Positions 12,677-26,167 are shown, counted from the stretch's first letter. The stretch: 64,000 bases of DNA from Hyphomicrobiales bacterium (GCA_046349255.1 JAXMCR010000002.1:797518-861517), one strand, 5' to 3'. Numbers and translations are program-made. The notes: generated by a model from the letters alone, not told the origin.

Positions 12677-13173
12677 CATCATGGCCGGGCTCGTCCCGGC
12701 CATTGCTTTTGCAGCACCCGGAGATGGGATCCCCCAATCAAGGCTGGTCCATCACCGTGTCATCCTCGGGCTCGACCCGAGGATCCATGCGACGCTGATC
12801 GAACAGTGGATGATCGGGTCAAGCCCGACCATGACAAGTGGAAGGGAGGCCTTCGGTCCTGAACTGTGGTTCGCGCCCCCTTCGTCATGGCCGGGCCTGA
12901 CCCGGCCATCCTGTTGGCACGCGTGGAAAAGGACCACCGGCTCAAGGCCGGTGATGACGTATTCACCCCCGTTGTCATCCTCGGGCTTGACCCGAGGATC
13001 CATGCGACGCCGGACGGAAAATGGATGGTCGGGTCAAGCCCGACCATGACAAGTGGAAGGGAGGCCTTCGGTCCTGAACTGTGGTTTGCGCCCCCTTCGT
13101 CATGGCCGGGCCTGATCCGGCCATCCTGTTGGCACGCGTGGAAAAAGGATCACCGGCTCAAGGCCGGTGATGG
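12677..13173. repeat. REP/BIME-like mosaic cluster: one solo hairpin plus a 215-bp unit repeated twice in tandem (12759 and 12974)
   Basis: Each unit holds two inverted hairpin doublets. The first is GTCATCCTCGGGCTCGACCCGAGGATCC...GGATGATCGGGTCAAGCCCGACCATGAC. The second is GTCATGGCCGGGCCTGACCCGGCCATCC...CCACCGGCTCAAGGCCGGTGATGAC. The two units are near-identical by eye. Confidence 0.9.
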
Positions 13174-13227
13174 CGCGCCTTGCGGTAACAACTTTCCCGG
13201 CGCATCAGTGCTCATTCAACCCTCTCG

Positions 13228-13596
13228 TCAACCGTGCCGGAAGGCGCGGCTTGTGACTTGCACCGGGTTGCCGTTCGGATCGCGCGCGTTCGCGAAGACG
13301 TAGCCCGCGCCCTTCTGCAATGGGCCGAAGGCGAGGCCGTCGGCGCGCGCACGCGCACAGAATCCTTCGACGTCGCGCACGTCGAAGGAGAGCTTCACGA
13401 GAACCTGCCCGGCCTTCTGCGACTTCGCCATCGCGTGCAGCCGGAGGCTCGCTCCGGGTCCGAACAGCTCGACGATGCGGTCGCCCGCCTCGCGCGCCAC
13501 CTCGAAGCCGAAGTGCTTCGCATAGAAGGCGGCGGTCGCCTCGACATCGCGCACGTAGAGCACGACGCTGTTCAGCGGTATCGGCGACCGTGTCAT
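13228..13596 (-). CDS. VOC (glyoxalase/bleomycin-resistance/dioxygenase) family protein
   Basis: C-terminal 122 aa of ORF 13228..13950, ATG at 13596. NSVVLYVRDVEATAAFY...FGF is a typical VOC beta-alpha-beta-beta-beta start. The ATGA overlap with the upstream gene supports this start. Confidence 0.75.
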   Translation of the reverse strand: MTRSPIPLNSVVLYVRDVEATAAFYAKHFGFEVAREAGDRIVELFGPGASLRLHAMAKSQKAGQVLVKLSFDVRDVEGFCARARADGLAFGPLQKGAGYVFANARDPNGNPVQVTSRAFRHG

Positions 13597-14423
13597 CGGA
13601 CGTGGTCCCCCAGGAACGTCAGCATGTCGGTCTCGACCGTCGCGTGGCCGGACCACTGCAGGAGCCCGTGCGGACCGCCTTCGTACGTCTTCACCTCGAC
13701 CGGCGACGGCACGGTCTTCGCGAAGGCGCGAATGGCGACCGACGGCACGATGCGGTCGTCGGTACCGTAGGCGACGAACACCGGCACGCGGACGTCGGGG
13801 GCTGCATCCGCCGCGCGATCGGCGACGCGGATGATGCCGTAGTAGTCGCCGATCGTCACGAAGCGGATGACGTGGTCGCTCTCGCCGAAGCGTTCCGCCG
13901 CGAGCGGGTGCATCTGGTCGAGATCGCGGTTGACCGTTGCGCCGAGCCAAGGCGCGAGCGTCGAGCCGATCCAGAGCCCGACGTTGTAGGCGTAGCGGTA
14001 GGGCACGGCGCCGCGTACGGCGGGCGCGGCGAGCAGCAGCGCGACGGGCGAGGCAAGCCGCGTCGCCGCCGCGACGACGGCGATGCCGCCGCCCATGCTT
14101 TCGCCGGCGAGCAGCAGCGGTGTGCCCGGCGCCGTCGTTGCGAGAAGCTTCGCGGCAAACGCGGCGTCGGCGACGAGCCTGTCCGTGCCCGGGAACGCGC
14201 GCGAACGGATGTCGCTCCTGCCGAAACCGCGGTGGTCATAGGCCCACACGCGATAACCTTCGGCAGCAAAGCGCGGACCAAGTGCTGCGAAGCCGTGCCG
14301 GTTGTCGCCGTAGGCATGCAGGCCGAGCACGAGGCCGCGCGGCGTACCCTTGGGTTCCCACACGGAGAGGGGGCGGGTGCGCCCGTCGGCGAGCGTCAGC
14401 GTGGTTTCGGTGGTGCGGGTCAT
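13593..14423 (-). CDS. Alpha/beta-fold hydrolase (lysophospholipase / monoacylglycerol-lipase-like)
   Basis: 276-aa ORF. GLHAYGDN, DHRGFGRS, and the nucleophile elbow GESMGG. Confidence 0.8.
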   Translation of the reverse strand: MTRTTETTLTLADGRTRPLSVWEPKGTPRGLVLGLHAYGDNRHGFAALGPRFAAEGYRVWAYDHRGFGRSDIRSRAFPGTDRLVADAAFAAKLLATTAPGTPLLLAGESMGGGIAVVAAATRLASPVALLLAAPAVRGAVPYRYAYNVGLWIGSTLAPWLGATVNRDLDQMHPLAAERFGESDHVIRFVTIGDYYGIIRVADRAADAAPDVRVPVFVAYGTDDRIVPSVAIRAFAKTVPSPVEVKTYEGGPHGLLQWSGHATVETDMLTFLGDHVR

Positions 14424-14500
14424 CGTTCTCGTTACGTCAGCGAAGCTTTGCCGGGTCAGCCGCCTTGCCGGGGCCGCGAATCACTGGCAACGCTTCGTCC

Positions 14501-15253
14501 ATGGTGAAGGGTATCCTGTCGCATCTCCTGAAGCGCGACGAGGCGCCGAAGACGGGCGAACTCGTGATCGACGGGCGCAGCCTGCCCGTCACGTTCCGCC
14601 GCCGGCGCGATGCACGGCGCGTCATCCTGCGCCTCGACCGCGAGAAGGACGGCATCGTGCTGACGCTGCCGCCCGGCATGAGCACGCACACGGCGCTCGA
14701 GTTCGCGGCAAAGCAGGCGGGCTGGATCTGGACCAGGCTCGCCAAGGCGCCCGAGCGCGTGCCGTTCGAGCCGGGCAATCTTGTGCCGCTGCGGGGCGTC
14801 GACCACGCGATCGTGCACGAGCCGTCGCCGCGGGGGCTCGTGCGCGTATCGCTCGAGCACGACGAGACGCCGGCGCTCGTCGTGCCGGGGGATCCGCGCT
14901 TCGTCGCACGCCGCCTCACCGACTACCTCAAGGCGCAGGCCCGCGCCGACGTGCTGGCGCGCTCGCACGTGCATGCAGCGGCGATGGACGCGCGGTTCGT
15001 CAAGGTGACCGTGAAGGACACGCAGAGCCGCTGGGGCTCGTGCTCGACCGACGGCAACCTCAACTACTCCTGGCGGCTGATCTTCGCCCCGCCGTTCGTG
15101 CTCGACTACGTGTGCGTGCACGAGGTCGCGCACCTGAAGGAGATGAACCACGGGCCCCGCTTCTGGTCGCTCGTCGACCGGCACTGCGAGCGCCACGAGG
15201 AGGCGCGCCGCTGGCTCCGGCGCGAGAGCGCGCGCCTGCAGCGCTACGGCTGA
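14501..15253 (+). CDS. M48-family / YgjP-like (DUF45) metal-dependent hydrolase
   Basis: ATG at 14501 inside ORF 13937..15253. The upstream part of that ORF is antisense to the hydrolase gene. SRWGSCS...NYSWRL and the HEXXH motif HEVAHL...NHG..FW. Confidence 0.85.
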   Translation: MVKGILSHLLKRDEAPKTGELVIDGRSLPVTFRRRRDARRVILRLDREKDGIVLTLPPGMSTHTALEFAAKQAGWIWTRLAKAPERVPFEPGNLVPLRGVDHAIVHEPSPRGLVRVSLEHDETPALVVPGDPRFVARRLTDYLKAQARADVLARSHVHAAAMDARFVKVTVKDTQSRWGSCSTDGNLNYSWRLIFAPPFVLDYVCVHEVAHLKEMNHGPRFWSLVDRHCERHEEARRWLRRESARLQRYG

Positions 15254-15255
15254 CG

Positions 15256-17430
15256 TCACTTCGCATCCCGCGGCTTGGCCTGCCCGCCGCTGCCCGTCGC
15301 CTGCGGCGGCTGGACGGCGCGCGGCTCGACCGCCACCGGCTGGCGCGGCTGCTGCACGCCGCCGCCGAACAGGCCGCGCAACGCGTCGAAGAAGCCACCG
15401 CCGCCGCCCGGCGGAGGGGGCGGGGCCTGCTGGTAGGGATCGTAGGGCTGGCCGTCGGCCATCGACCCCTCCGGCGCAGCGCTCGCACCGGCGGGCGCAC
15501 CGGGCAGCTCCGCCAGCGGCAGGCCGTCGTGCGCCGGCACCATGATGTCGGCAAAGACTTCCGCGGGGATCGTGCCGCCGGTCATCTTGGCGGACGGCGA
15601 GTTGTCGTCGTTGCCGGCCCAGACGCCGGCGACGAGGTAGGTCGAGTAGCCGACGAACCAGGCGTCGCGGTAGTCCTGGCTGGTGCCGGTCTTGCCGGCG
15701 ATGTCCTGGCCGTCGATCTTCGCCTTCGTGCCGGTCCCGACCTGCACCACCTGCCGCAGCATGTAGTTCATCGCGTAGAGATCGCCCGGCTGCACCACCT
15801 GCACCGGCGCTTCGGGCTGGCGCTCGTAGAGCACCTTGCCGGAGCGCGTCGAGATGCGCGTCACCACGTAGGGCTTGATCAGCGACCCGCCGTTGGCGAA
15901 CGCACCGTATGCGCCGGTGAGTTCGAGCAGCGTCACTTCCGACGTGCCGAGCGCGATCGAGGCGTTGTCCTGGAGCGGCGACGTGATGCCGAGGCGATGC
16001 GCGGTCGCGATCACGTTCGCCGTGCCGGCCTTCATGGCAACCTTCGCGGCGACCGTGTTGAGCGACATTGCCAGCGCCTGCGTCAGCGTCACCGGCCCGA
16101 GGTACTTGCGCTTGTAGTTCTCCGGCGTCCAGTCGCCGAACGTCACCGGCTCGTCGACCTCGACGGTGTCGGGCGTCGCGCCCTGTTCGACGGCGGTGAG
16201 GTAGACGAACGCCTTGAACGCCGAGCCCGGCTGGCGCAACGCCTTCACGGCCCGGTTGAACTGGCTCTTCACGTACGAGCGCCCGCCGACCATGGCGACG
16301 ACGCCGCCGGCCGGGTCCATCACCACGGCGGCGGCCTGCGTCACCTTGTACTTCGCGCCCTCCTTGGCGAGGCGGGTGCGGATCGATTTCTCGGCGCTCG
16401 CCTGGATCGTGCGGTCGATGGTCGTCTCGATGACGATCGACTCCTTCGGCGGATCGGCCCCGATGAGCGCGGGCAGCTGGTCGCTCACCCAGTCGACGAT
16501 GTACTGCGTCGCCGGCTGGTCGATGGTGGTGCGCACCGTGGTCTTGGCGTTGAGCGCCTCGTTCGCCTGGTCCTGCGTGATGAAGCCCGCGTCGACCATG
16601 TCGGCGATCACGTCGCGCGCCCGCTGCGCCGCCTTGTCGGGATGGGTGATCGGGTTGTAGGCGCTAGGCCCCTTCAGCACGGCGGCGAGGATGGCCGCTT
16701 CCGCGATCGACACGTCGCGGGCCGACTTGCCGAAGTAGCGCTGCGCCGCCTTCTCGACGCCGACGGCGCCCGATCCGTAGTACACGCGGTTCAGGTAGAG
16801 CTGGAGGATCTCGTCCTTGGTGTACTTGCTCTCCAGCCAGAGCGCGAGCACCGCCTCCTGGAACTTCCGCTCGAGCGAGCGTTCCGGCGTGAGGAACAGG
16901 TTCTTCGCCAGCTGCTGGGTGATCGTCGAGCCGCCTTCGACCACGCGGCCGTGCAGCACGTTGGTGACCATCGCGCGCCCGATGCCCACGAGGTCGATGC
17001 CGAAGTGCTGGCGGAAGCGGCGGTCCTCCACCGCGATCAGGGCGTTCGGAACATAGTCGGGCAGCTCGTCGAGGCGCACCTCGTCGCCGAAGAACGCGCC
17101 ACGCTCGGCGAGCACGCGCCCGTCGGCGGCGAGCAGCATCATGCCGGGCTCGCGCTCCGGCACCTTGAACAGCCCCTGCTTGTCGAGGTTGACGAAGACG
17201 TAGGCGATGCTCGCCCCGGCGATGATCGACCCCCAGAGCGTGAGCGTCATCATCCACGACAGCACGGTGAAGACGAACGAACGCCTGCGCTTCCGCTTCG
17301 GGGCCGCTTCTTCCCTTTCGGGCGGGGGCGCCTTGCGGCGTCGACCGGAGGGCCCGGACAGCCGCGGCTCGTCGCGCTCCTCGCGCGCGCTGCCGCGCCT
17401 GCGACGCCGGCTGCCGCCGAACAAACCCAT
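15256..17430 (-). CDS. Class A penicillin-binding protein (glycosyltransferase GT51 plus transpeptidase)
   Basis: 724-aa ORF with an N-terminal TM helix. GT51 motifs EDRRFRQHFGID and GGSTITQQLAKN. Transpeptidase motifs SAFK and KTGT. Confidence 0.92.
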   Translation of the reverse strand: MGLFGGSRRRRRGSAREERDEPRLSGPSGRRRKAPPPEREEAAPKRKRRRSFVFTVLSWMMTLTLWGSIIAGASIAYVFVNLDKQGLFKVPEREPGMMLLAADGRVLAERGAFFGDEVRLDELPDYVPNALIAVEDRRFRQHFGIDLVGIGRAMVTNVLHGRVVEGGSTITQQLAKNLFLTPERSLERKFQEAVLALWLESKYTKDEILQLYLNRVYYGSGAVGVEKAAQRYFGKSARDVSIAEAAILAAVLKGPSAYNPITHPDKAAQRARDVIADMVDAGFITQDQANEALNAKTTVRTTIDQPATQYIVDWVSDQLPALIGADPPKESIVIETTIDRTIQASAEKSIRTRLAKEGAKYKVTQAAAVVMDPAGGVVAMVGGRSYVKSQFNRAVKALRQPGSAFKAFVYLTAVEQGATPDTVEVDEPVTFGDWTPENYKRKYLGPVTLTQALAMSLNTVAAKVAMKAGTANVIATAHRLGITSPLQDNASIALGTSEVTLLELTGAYGAFANGGSLIKPYVVTRISTRSGKVLYERQPEAPVQVVQPGDLYAMNYMLRQVVQVGTGTKAKIDGQDIAGKTGTSQDYRDAWFVGYSTYLVAGVWAGNDDNSPSAKMTGGTIPAEVFADIMVPAHDGLPLAELPGAPAGASAAPEGSMADGQPYDPYQQAPPPPPGGGGGFFDALRGLFGGGVQQPRQPVAVEPRAVQPPQATGSGGQAKPRDAK

Positions 17431-17512
17431 TCACACGCCTCCGACCGGCAAAGTGCAGCGCACGGTTGCCGTCAATGGTGACCGCAACAAGGCTGCCGCG
17501 GTAACGATCGCA

Positions 17513-21207
<3,695 letters not shown>

Positions 21208-21266
21208 CCCAGATATATGATCCCGAAACCCCGAAAATGCAAGGATTTCGGCGGCTTCAGCCGGCT

Positions 21267-22382
21267 TCAGACGCGCATCGGCATGAGCACGTAGAGGGTC
21301 TTCTCGTCGCCCGATTCACGGATGATCGTCGGCGAGCCGGCATCGGCCAGCCGGAACACTGCGGACTCACCCTTGAATTGCGCGGCGATGTCGAGCAGGT
21401 AGCGCGAGTTGAAGCCGATATCGATCGGATCGGCCGAATACTCCGCGGCGATTTCCTCCTCGGCCGAGCCCGAATCCGGATTGTTCACCGAGAGCACGAG
21501 GCGGCCCTGACCGATGTTGAGCTTCACCGCACGACCCTTCTCGCTCGAGATGGTCGACACGCGGTCGACGGCCTGCGCGAAGAGCTTCGTGTCGACCTCG
21601 AGCACCTTGTCGTTGCCGCGCGGGATCACCCGCTCGTAGTCCGGGAAGGTGCCGTCGATCAGCTTCGAGGTCAGCACCAATCCGTCGAAGGCGAAGCGGA
21701 TCTTCGACACCGAAAGCGCGACCTCGATCTCGTTCGTCGTCGTCTCGGTGAGCTTGGCGAGTTCGAGCACGGTTTTCCGCGGCACGATGATGCCCGGCAT
21801 GCCGGCGACGCCCTCCGGGCGTTCGAGCTCGGCGAGGGCGAGGCGGTGGCCATCGGTCGCAACCGCCCGGAGCACCGGTCCGCCGGGTGCGTTCGGCACC
21901 TCGTGCAGGTAGATGCCGTTAAGGTAATAGCGCGTCTCCTCCGTCGAGATCGCAAAGCGCGTCTTCTCGATCAGGAGCTTCAGGTCGGACGCCTTCAGCT
22001 TGAAGCGGTGCGTGAACTCGCCCGCCGAGAGATCCGGAAAATCTTCCGGCGGCAGCGTCTGCAAGGTGAAGCGCGAGCGGCCGGCGTGGATGGCGAGCCG
22101 CTTGTCGTCGGTCTGGATCTCAAGCTGCGAGCCGTCCGGGAGCTTTCGCACGATGTCGTAGAGCATGTGCGCGGGGACGGTGACGGCCCCCTCGCGGGCG
22201 ACGTCGGCGGCAAGGCTTTCCAGCACCTCGACGTCGAGATCGGTCGCGACGAGACGGATCTGGCCCTTGCCGGCCTGGATCAGCACGTTCGAGAGGATCG
22301 GAATCGTATTGCGCCGCTCGACCACCGACTGAACGTGGTTGAGCGACTTCAGGAACTGCGAACGTTCGACGACGAGACGCAT
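21267..22382 (-). CDS. dnaN: DNA polymerase III beta sliding clamp
   Basis: ORF 21267..22472, ATG at 22382 ([35 protein letters not shown]). About 371 aa, typical of DnaN. Confidence 0.95.
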   Translation of the reverse strand: MRLVVERSQFLKSLNHVQSVVERRNTIPILSNVLIQAGKGQIRLVATDLDVEVLESLAADVAREGAVTVPAHMLYDIVRKLPDGSQLEIQTDDKRLAIHAGRSRFTLQTLPPEDFPDLSAGEFTHRFKLKASDLKLLIEKTRFAISTEETRYYLNGIYLHEVPNAPGGPVLRAVATDGHRLALAELERPEGVAGMPGIIVPRKTVLELAKLTETTTNEIEVALSVSKIRFAFDGLVLTSKLIDGTFPDYERVIPRGNDKVLEVDTKLFAQAVDRVSTISSEKGRAVKLNIGQGRLVLSVNNPDSGSAEEEIAAEYSADPIDIGFNSRYLLDIAAQFKGESAVFRLADAGSPTIIRESGDEKTLYVLMPMRV

Positions 22383-22504
22383 CCTCTCCCTCGCGTACCC
22401 CCTCGGGCCAAAAGTGGTCAAGATTGGCTTATCGAGAGGGTTTTGCGCAAGGCCCGCGGGGCCGTTGCGCACAGCCCCGTTGAGCCTGCCGAATCCCTAT
22501 CGGA

Positions 22505-24043
22505 TCACGGTTGCTCGATCATCTTGACGAGCAGCGACACCTCGCGCGCCAGGCGGTCGTCGGAGGCCATCAGCTCCTCGATCTTGCGGACCGCGTGCAG
22601 TACCGTCGAGTGGTCGCGCCCGCCGAAGCGGCGGCCGATCTCGGGAAGCGAGCGGGCGGTGAGCTTCTTGGCGAGATACATGCCGATCTGGCGCGGGCGC
22701 ACGATGGCTTGCGCGCGACGCGGCGACAGGAGGTCGGCGCGGCCCACGTTGTAGTGGCGGCCGACCACCTTCAGGATGTCGTCGATGCGGATGCGCGAGG
22801 GTTCGACCGACTGCGCGAGGTCGCGCAGCGCCATCGCGGCGAGGTCGACCGTGACCGGCGCACGCGTCAGCTCGTGTCGGGCGACGACGCGGTTCAGCGC
22901 GCCTTCGAGCTCGCGCCCGCCGCCGTCGATCTTCGCGGCGATGAAGTCGATCACGTCGAGGCCGATCGCGAGCGAGGGATCCTTCTTGCGCAGGAGCTGG
23001 ACGCGCGAGGCGAGGATCTCGCGACGCAGTTCAAGGTCGGGAAACTCGATGTCGACGACGAGGCCGCCCGCCATGCGCGAGCGCATGCGCTGGTCGAGGC
23101 TGTCGAGCTGCGCCGGCGGCACGTCGGCGGCGACGATCACCTGCCGCTTGCTGTCCACCAGCGAGTTGAAGGTGTGGCAGAACTCCTGCTGCATCGACTT
23201 CCCCTGCAGGAACTGGAAGTCGTCGATGATCAGCACGTCGACCGAGTGGAAATAGTCCTTGAAGCTAAGCACGTCGCGCGCCTTAAGCGCCGCGAGGAAG
23301 TGGTACATGAACCGCTCGGCCGTGATGAACAGCACCTTGCGGCCGGCGTGCCGGTCGCGGATGCGCCAGGCGATGGCGTTGAGGAGATGCGTCTTGCCGA
23401 GCCCTGCGGCGGAATGGATGTAGAGCGGGTTGAAGCTCAACGGCGCGCCGGGCGCGGCGTCGGCGACGCGCATGGCCGCCGCATGCGCGAGCGCGTTGGA
23501 TTTTCCGCTGACGAAGGTCTCGAAGGTGAGCGCGTGGTCGAGCGGCGAGCCGCGCTCGGACCCGAAGGGGGTTCGGGCGACGGCCTCGCTCATCGGCGCA
23601 ACATGCAGCGGCACCGGCGCGGAGCGCGGATCGGCGAAGCCCTGCGGCGCCGCACGGAGGGCGGCGTCGTGGCCGTTGCCGGCCGGTGCGGCGGTCGTGG
23701 CATTGGCGTTGGCGTGTACGGGGAGGCCGCGGGTGCGCACCTGCACGGAAACGCCGGTGAGCGGGCCGAACTCGGCCTCGGCCGCCTTGGTCAGCGTGTC
23801 GGCATAGTGCGTGATGATCCAGTTGCGCAGGAAGCGCGTCGGCACGGACAGCACGAGCCGGCCGTCGTCAAGGCTTTCGGCATCCATGCGCGCAAACCAG
23901 CTCGAGAACAGGTCCTCGCCGAGCGCCGCCTTGAGGCGCTGGGCGACACGGGCCCACGTCTCCTTGAGCGTGCCAGCGTTGGCGAAATCCGCCTCGCGGC
24001 GATGAAGGGCCGCGGTACCGGTCTGGAACTGGAGGCTTTGCAT
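22505..24043 (-). CDS. dnaA: Chromosomal replication initiator protein DnaA
   Basis: ORF 22505..24094, ATG at 24043 (MQSLQFQ...). AAA+ Walker A GLGKTHLL, box VII, and a C-terminal DNA-binding region ([15 protein letters not shown]). Confidence 0.95.
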   Translation of the reverse strand: MQSLQFQTGTAALHRREADFANAGTLKETWARVAQRLKAALGEDLFSSWFARMDAESLDDGRLVLSVPTRFLRNWIITHYADTLTKAAEAEFGPLTGVSVQVRTRGLPVHANANATTAAPAGNGHDAALRAAPQGFADPRSAPVPLHVAPMSEAVARTPFGSERGSPLDHALTFETFVSGKSNALAHAAAMRVADAAPGAPLSFNPLYIHSAAGLGKTHLLNAIAWRIRDRHAGRKVLFITAERFMYHFLAALKARDVLSFKDYFHSVDVLIIDDFQFLQGKSMQQEFCHTFNSLVDSKRQVIVAADVPPAQLDSLDQRMRSRMAGGLVVDIEFPDLELRREILASRVQLLRKKDPSLAIGLDVIDFIAAKIDGGGRELEGALNRVVARHELTRAPVTVDLAAMALRDLAQSVEPSRIRIDDILKVVGRHYNVGRADLLSPRRAQAIVRPRQIGMYLAKKLTARSLPEIGRRFGGRDHSTVLHAVRKIEELMASDDRLAREVSLLVKMIEQP

Positions 24044-24534
24044 CCTCTCGATCTCCTTGTTCTCTGCAATCCGTGCCGCGTCGAGGCGACACACTCCTTA
24101 CCGCTCGAGTCCATGCACGCAGCACTCACGGCAGACACGCACGCAACAGTCCTTCGGCGGCTGCACCACCCGCCTTCAAGCAACCCCATACTGACGGACG
24201 TACTTCGCCTGACGCTCCGGAACAGGACGCCCGGACGCGGGCACACCACTGGCGCCTTCGGACTTCAAGAAGCCCGGATCAGCGATCGACTTGTGAGGTG
24301 ATTAACGCCCCCCGGTGCCGGTCAACGCCGGTCCTTGGAACCCTCTAGACCGTTCACGACTGACGCCCCCGTCTTGCGTATTCGTCACAGACATCTTCTT
24401 GCCGCCCGCCCCGTCTGTTCTCGTTCGTCACTTCTTGTGTCGTTGGAAAATTCTGTCGGTGGAAAGCCCGGGCAACCGCCCGATGAAGGGACCTTACACA
24501 CGGGGGCGGGGTTGGACAACAGGGTCTGCGGATA

Positions 24535-24549
24535 TAGTCCGTATACGGA
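24535..24549. promoter_or_regulatory. Left copy of a 15-nt inverted repeat containing the perfect palindrome TCCGTATACGGA
   Basis: TAGTCCGTATACGGA at 24535-24549. Its exact reverse complement lies at 24919-24933. A 12-mer of this composition is very unlikely to occur twice by chance in 64 kb. Confidence 0.6.
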
Positions 24550-24865
24550 ACGTTTTGTCCGCGACGAAAAACGCACTTGGACATTCGCTCGTCACGCCAA
24601 CCGATTGACTCAGCGTGCGAATAACCTCCGGTCGTTTACGATTTGTTAAGCAATTATATGGCGAGCGGCAAAAGGTGCCCTTACGTCGATTCGGCAACCG
24701 GAACGGTGTTTTCGATGCCCGTCCGTACAAAACGAGGCCAAGCTTCTGAAAATAAAGGGCTATTTTTGCCAGTTTCCGACACGCCGAAAAGTGGCGACAA
24801 TTTCCGGCTGCAACCTCGATTGTCGGAGCGCGGGACGCACTGCCGCATGCCGGAATTCCGCCATG

Positions 24866-24898
24866 AAAAAACCCGCCTTCCGACACCGGAAAACGGGT
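24866..24898 (-). terminator. Rho-independent terminator of rpsT
   Basis: Minus strand reads ACCCG-T-TTCCG-GTGT-CGGAA-GG-CGGGT followed by TTTTTT. It lies about 40 nt after the rpsT stop codon. Confidence 0.75.
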
Positions 24899-24918
24899 TC
24901 GAAAAAGTCGGATGTTAA

Positions 24919-24933
24919 TCCGTATACGGACTA
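24919..24933. promoter_or_regulatory. Right copy of the 15-nt inverted repeat (TCCGTATACGGACTA)
   Basis: Exact reverse complement of 24535-24549. It ends 3 nt from the rpsT stop codon. Confidence 0.6.
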
Positions 24934-24935
24934 AA

Positions 24936-25202
24936 TCACGCGCCCATCTTGCGGATGCGCTGGGCGAGGCGCGACACCTTCCGCGACGCCGCGTTGGCGT
25001 GCAGGACGTTCTTCTGGGCGCCGCGCATGAGCTGCGGCTGCGCCTCGCGCAGCGCCGTCTCGGCCGCCTTCTTGTCGCCCGCCGCGATCGCCTCTTCCAC
25101 CTTGCGCACGTAGGTGCGCACGCGGCTCTTGCGGGCCTTGTTCACCGCCGCCCGGCGCTCGGCCTGACGAGCGGCCTTCTTGGCGGAACTGGTATTCGCC
25201 AT
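24936..25202 (-). CDS. rpsT: 30S ribosomal protein S20
   Basis: 88-aa [42 protein letters not shown]. Confidence 0.96.
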   Translation of the reverse strand: MANTSSAKKAARQAERRAAVNKARKSRVRTYVRKVEEAIAAGDKKAAETALREAQPQLMRGAQKNVLHANAASRKVSRLAQRIRKMGA

Positions 25203-25379
25203 CGTTCTCTATCCTTCGGCGGCCGCCCTTGCGGAGGCCAAATCCATGTGAGTGACTGATCTGAACGGCTGGGCCAAAGCGCAAGGGTTGCGGCAACGGT
25301 CCGTTCCGTTCGGGTGGCGCTCTATAGCGTAGGGCTCCGCAGGCGTCAACCGGCGGAAGTGCTGGAAAAGATGCGCGTG

Positions 25380-26147
25380 TCAGCGGTGCCGGAACGACGG
25401 TTTCCGCTTCTCGACGAAGGCCTGCATCCCCTCCTTCTGGTCCTCGCTTGCAAACAGCGACTGGAACAGGCGGCGCTCGAACCGCAGGCCCTCGGCGAGG
25501 CCCGTCTCGTCGGCCAGCGCCACCGCCTCCTTCGCCATGAGAACGGCAGGACGCGACAGGCTCGCGATCTTCGCTGCAACGGCCAGCGCCTCCTCGAGCA
25601 GCTTCTCGGCGGGCACGATGCGCGAGACGAGGCCGATGCGCTCGGCCTCGGCGGCGTCGATCATGCGGCCGGTCAGCACCATGTCCATCGCCTTCGCCTT
25701 GCCGACCGCCTTCGTCAGCCGTTGCGTGCCGCCGGCGCCCGGGATGATCGCGAGGTTGATCTCGGGCTGGCCGAACTTCGCCGTGTCGGCGGCGATCAGG
25801 ATGTCGCAGGTCATGGCGAGCTCGCACCCGCCGCCGAGCGCGAAGCCCGCCACGGCGGCGATCACCGGCTTCCGGCAGTGCGCCACCCTGTCCCACCCTT
25901 CGAGAAAGCCCGACGTATAGGTGTCGGGATAGGTCTTCGCCTGCATCTCCTTGATGTCGGCCCCGGCGGCGAACGCCTTGTCGCTGCCGGTGATGACGAT
26001 CGCGCCGATCGCGTCGTCGCGGTCGAAGCGCTCGAGCGCATCGGCGAGCGTGCGCATCAGCTCGTCGTTGAGCGCGTTGAGCGCCTGCGGGCGGTTCAGC
26101 GTCAGGAGGCCGACGGCGCCGCGGGTTTCGACGAGGACGGTGGTCAT
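25380..26147 (-). CDS. Enoyl-CoA hydratase (short-chain crotonase family)
   Basis: ATG at 26147 inside ORF 25380..26255. [22 protein letters not shown] and [12 protein letters not shown] are crotonase-fold motifs. Confidence 0.9.
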   Translation of the reverse strand: MTTVLVETRGAVGLLTLNRPQALNALNDELMRTLADALERFDRDDAIGAIVITGSDKAFAAGADIKEMQAKTYPDTYTSGFLEGWDRVAHCRKPVIAAVAGFALGGGCELAMTCDILIAADTAKFGQPEINLAIIPGAGGTQRLTKAVGKAKAMDMVLTGRMIDAAEAERIGLVSRIVPAEKLLEEALAVAAKIASLSRPAVLMAKEAVALADETGLAEGLRFERRLFQSLFASEDQKEGMQAFVEKRKPSFRHR

Positions 26148-26167
26148 GGCTGAAGTTCCCTTGGTGG

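Noticed and set aside
12866-13303. ORFs that translate the repeat clusters: 12866..13303, 12573..13049, 36018..36434, 36073..36402, 43757..44122, 42766..43671 tail.
   Set aside because: Their 'proteins' are just the hairpins read in frame (VMAGLDPAI, VILGLDPRIH, SSPRMT strings) and repeat with the DNA period. They have no start-site context.
24548-24562. Alphaproteobacterial LexA box (GAAC-N7-GAAC) near the left palindrome (GGAACGTTTTGTCCG).
   Set aside because: Only the first half-site matches; the second half is CCGC, not GAAC.
24315-24886. Small ORFs inside the rpsT-dnaA spacer: 24315..24608, 24335..24649, 24494..24886 and others.
   Set aside because: They have no Shine-Dalgarno context, their sequences are odd and Cys/Arg-rich, they overlap one another in several frames, and they have no family resemblance. 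The region is treated as non-coding.
24044-24935. Chromosomal origin (oriC) directly upstream of dnaA.
   Set aside because: I found no consensus DnaA boxes, no CtrA boxes, no clear AT-rich 13-mer unwinding element and no excess of GANTC sites by eye. The orientation of the nusA/infB/pnp block also argues against an origin here. This is not excluded without GC-skew analysis, so it is kept as a check under the findings.
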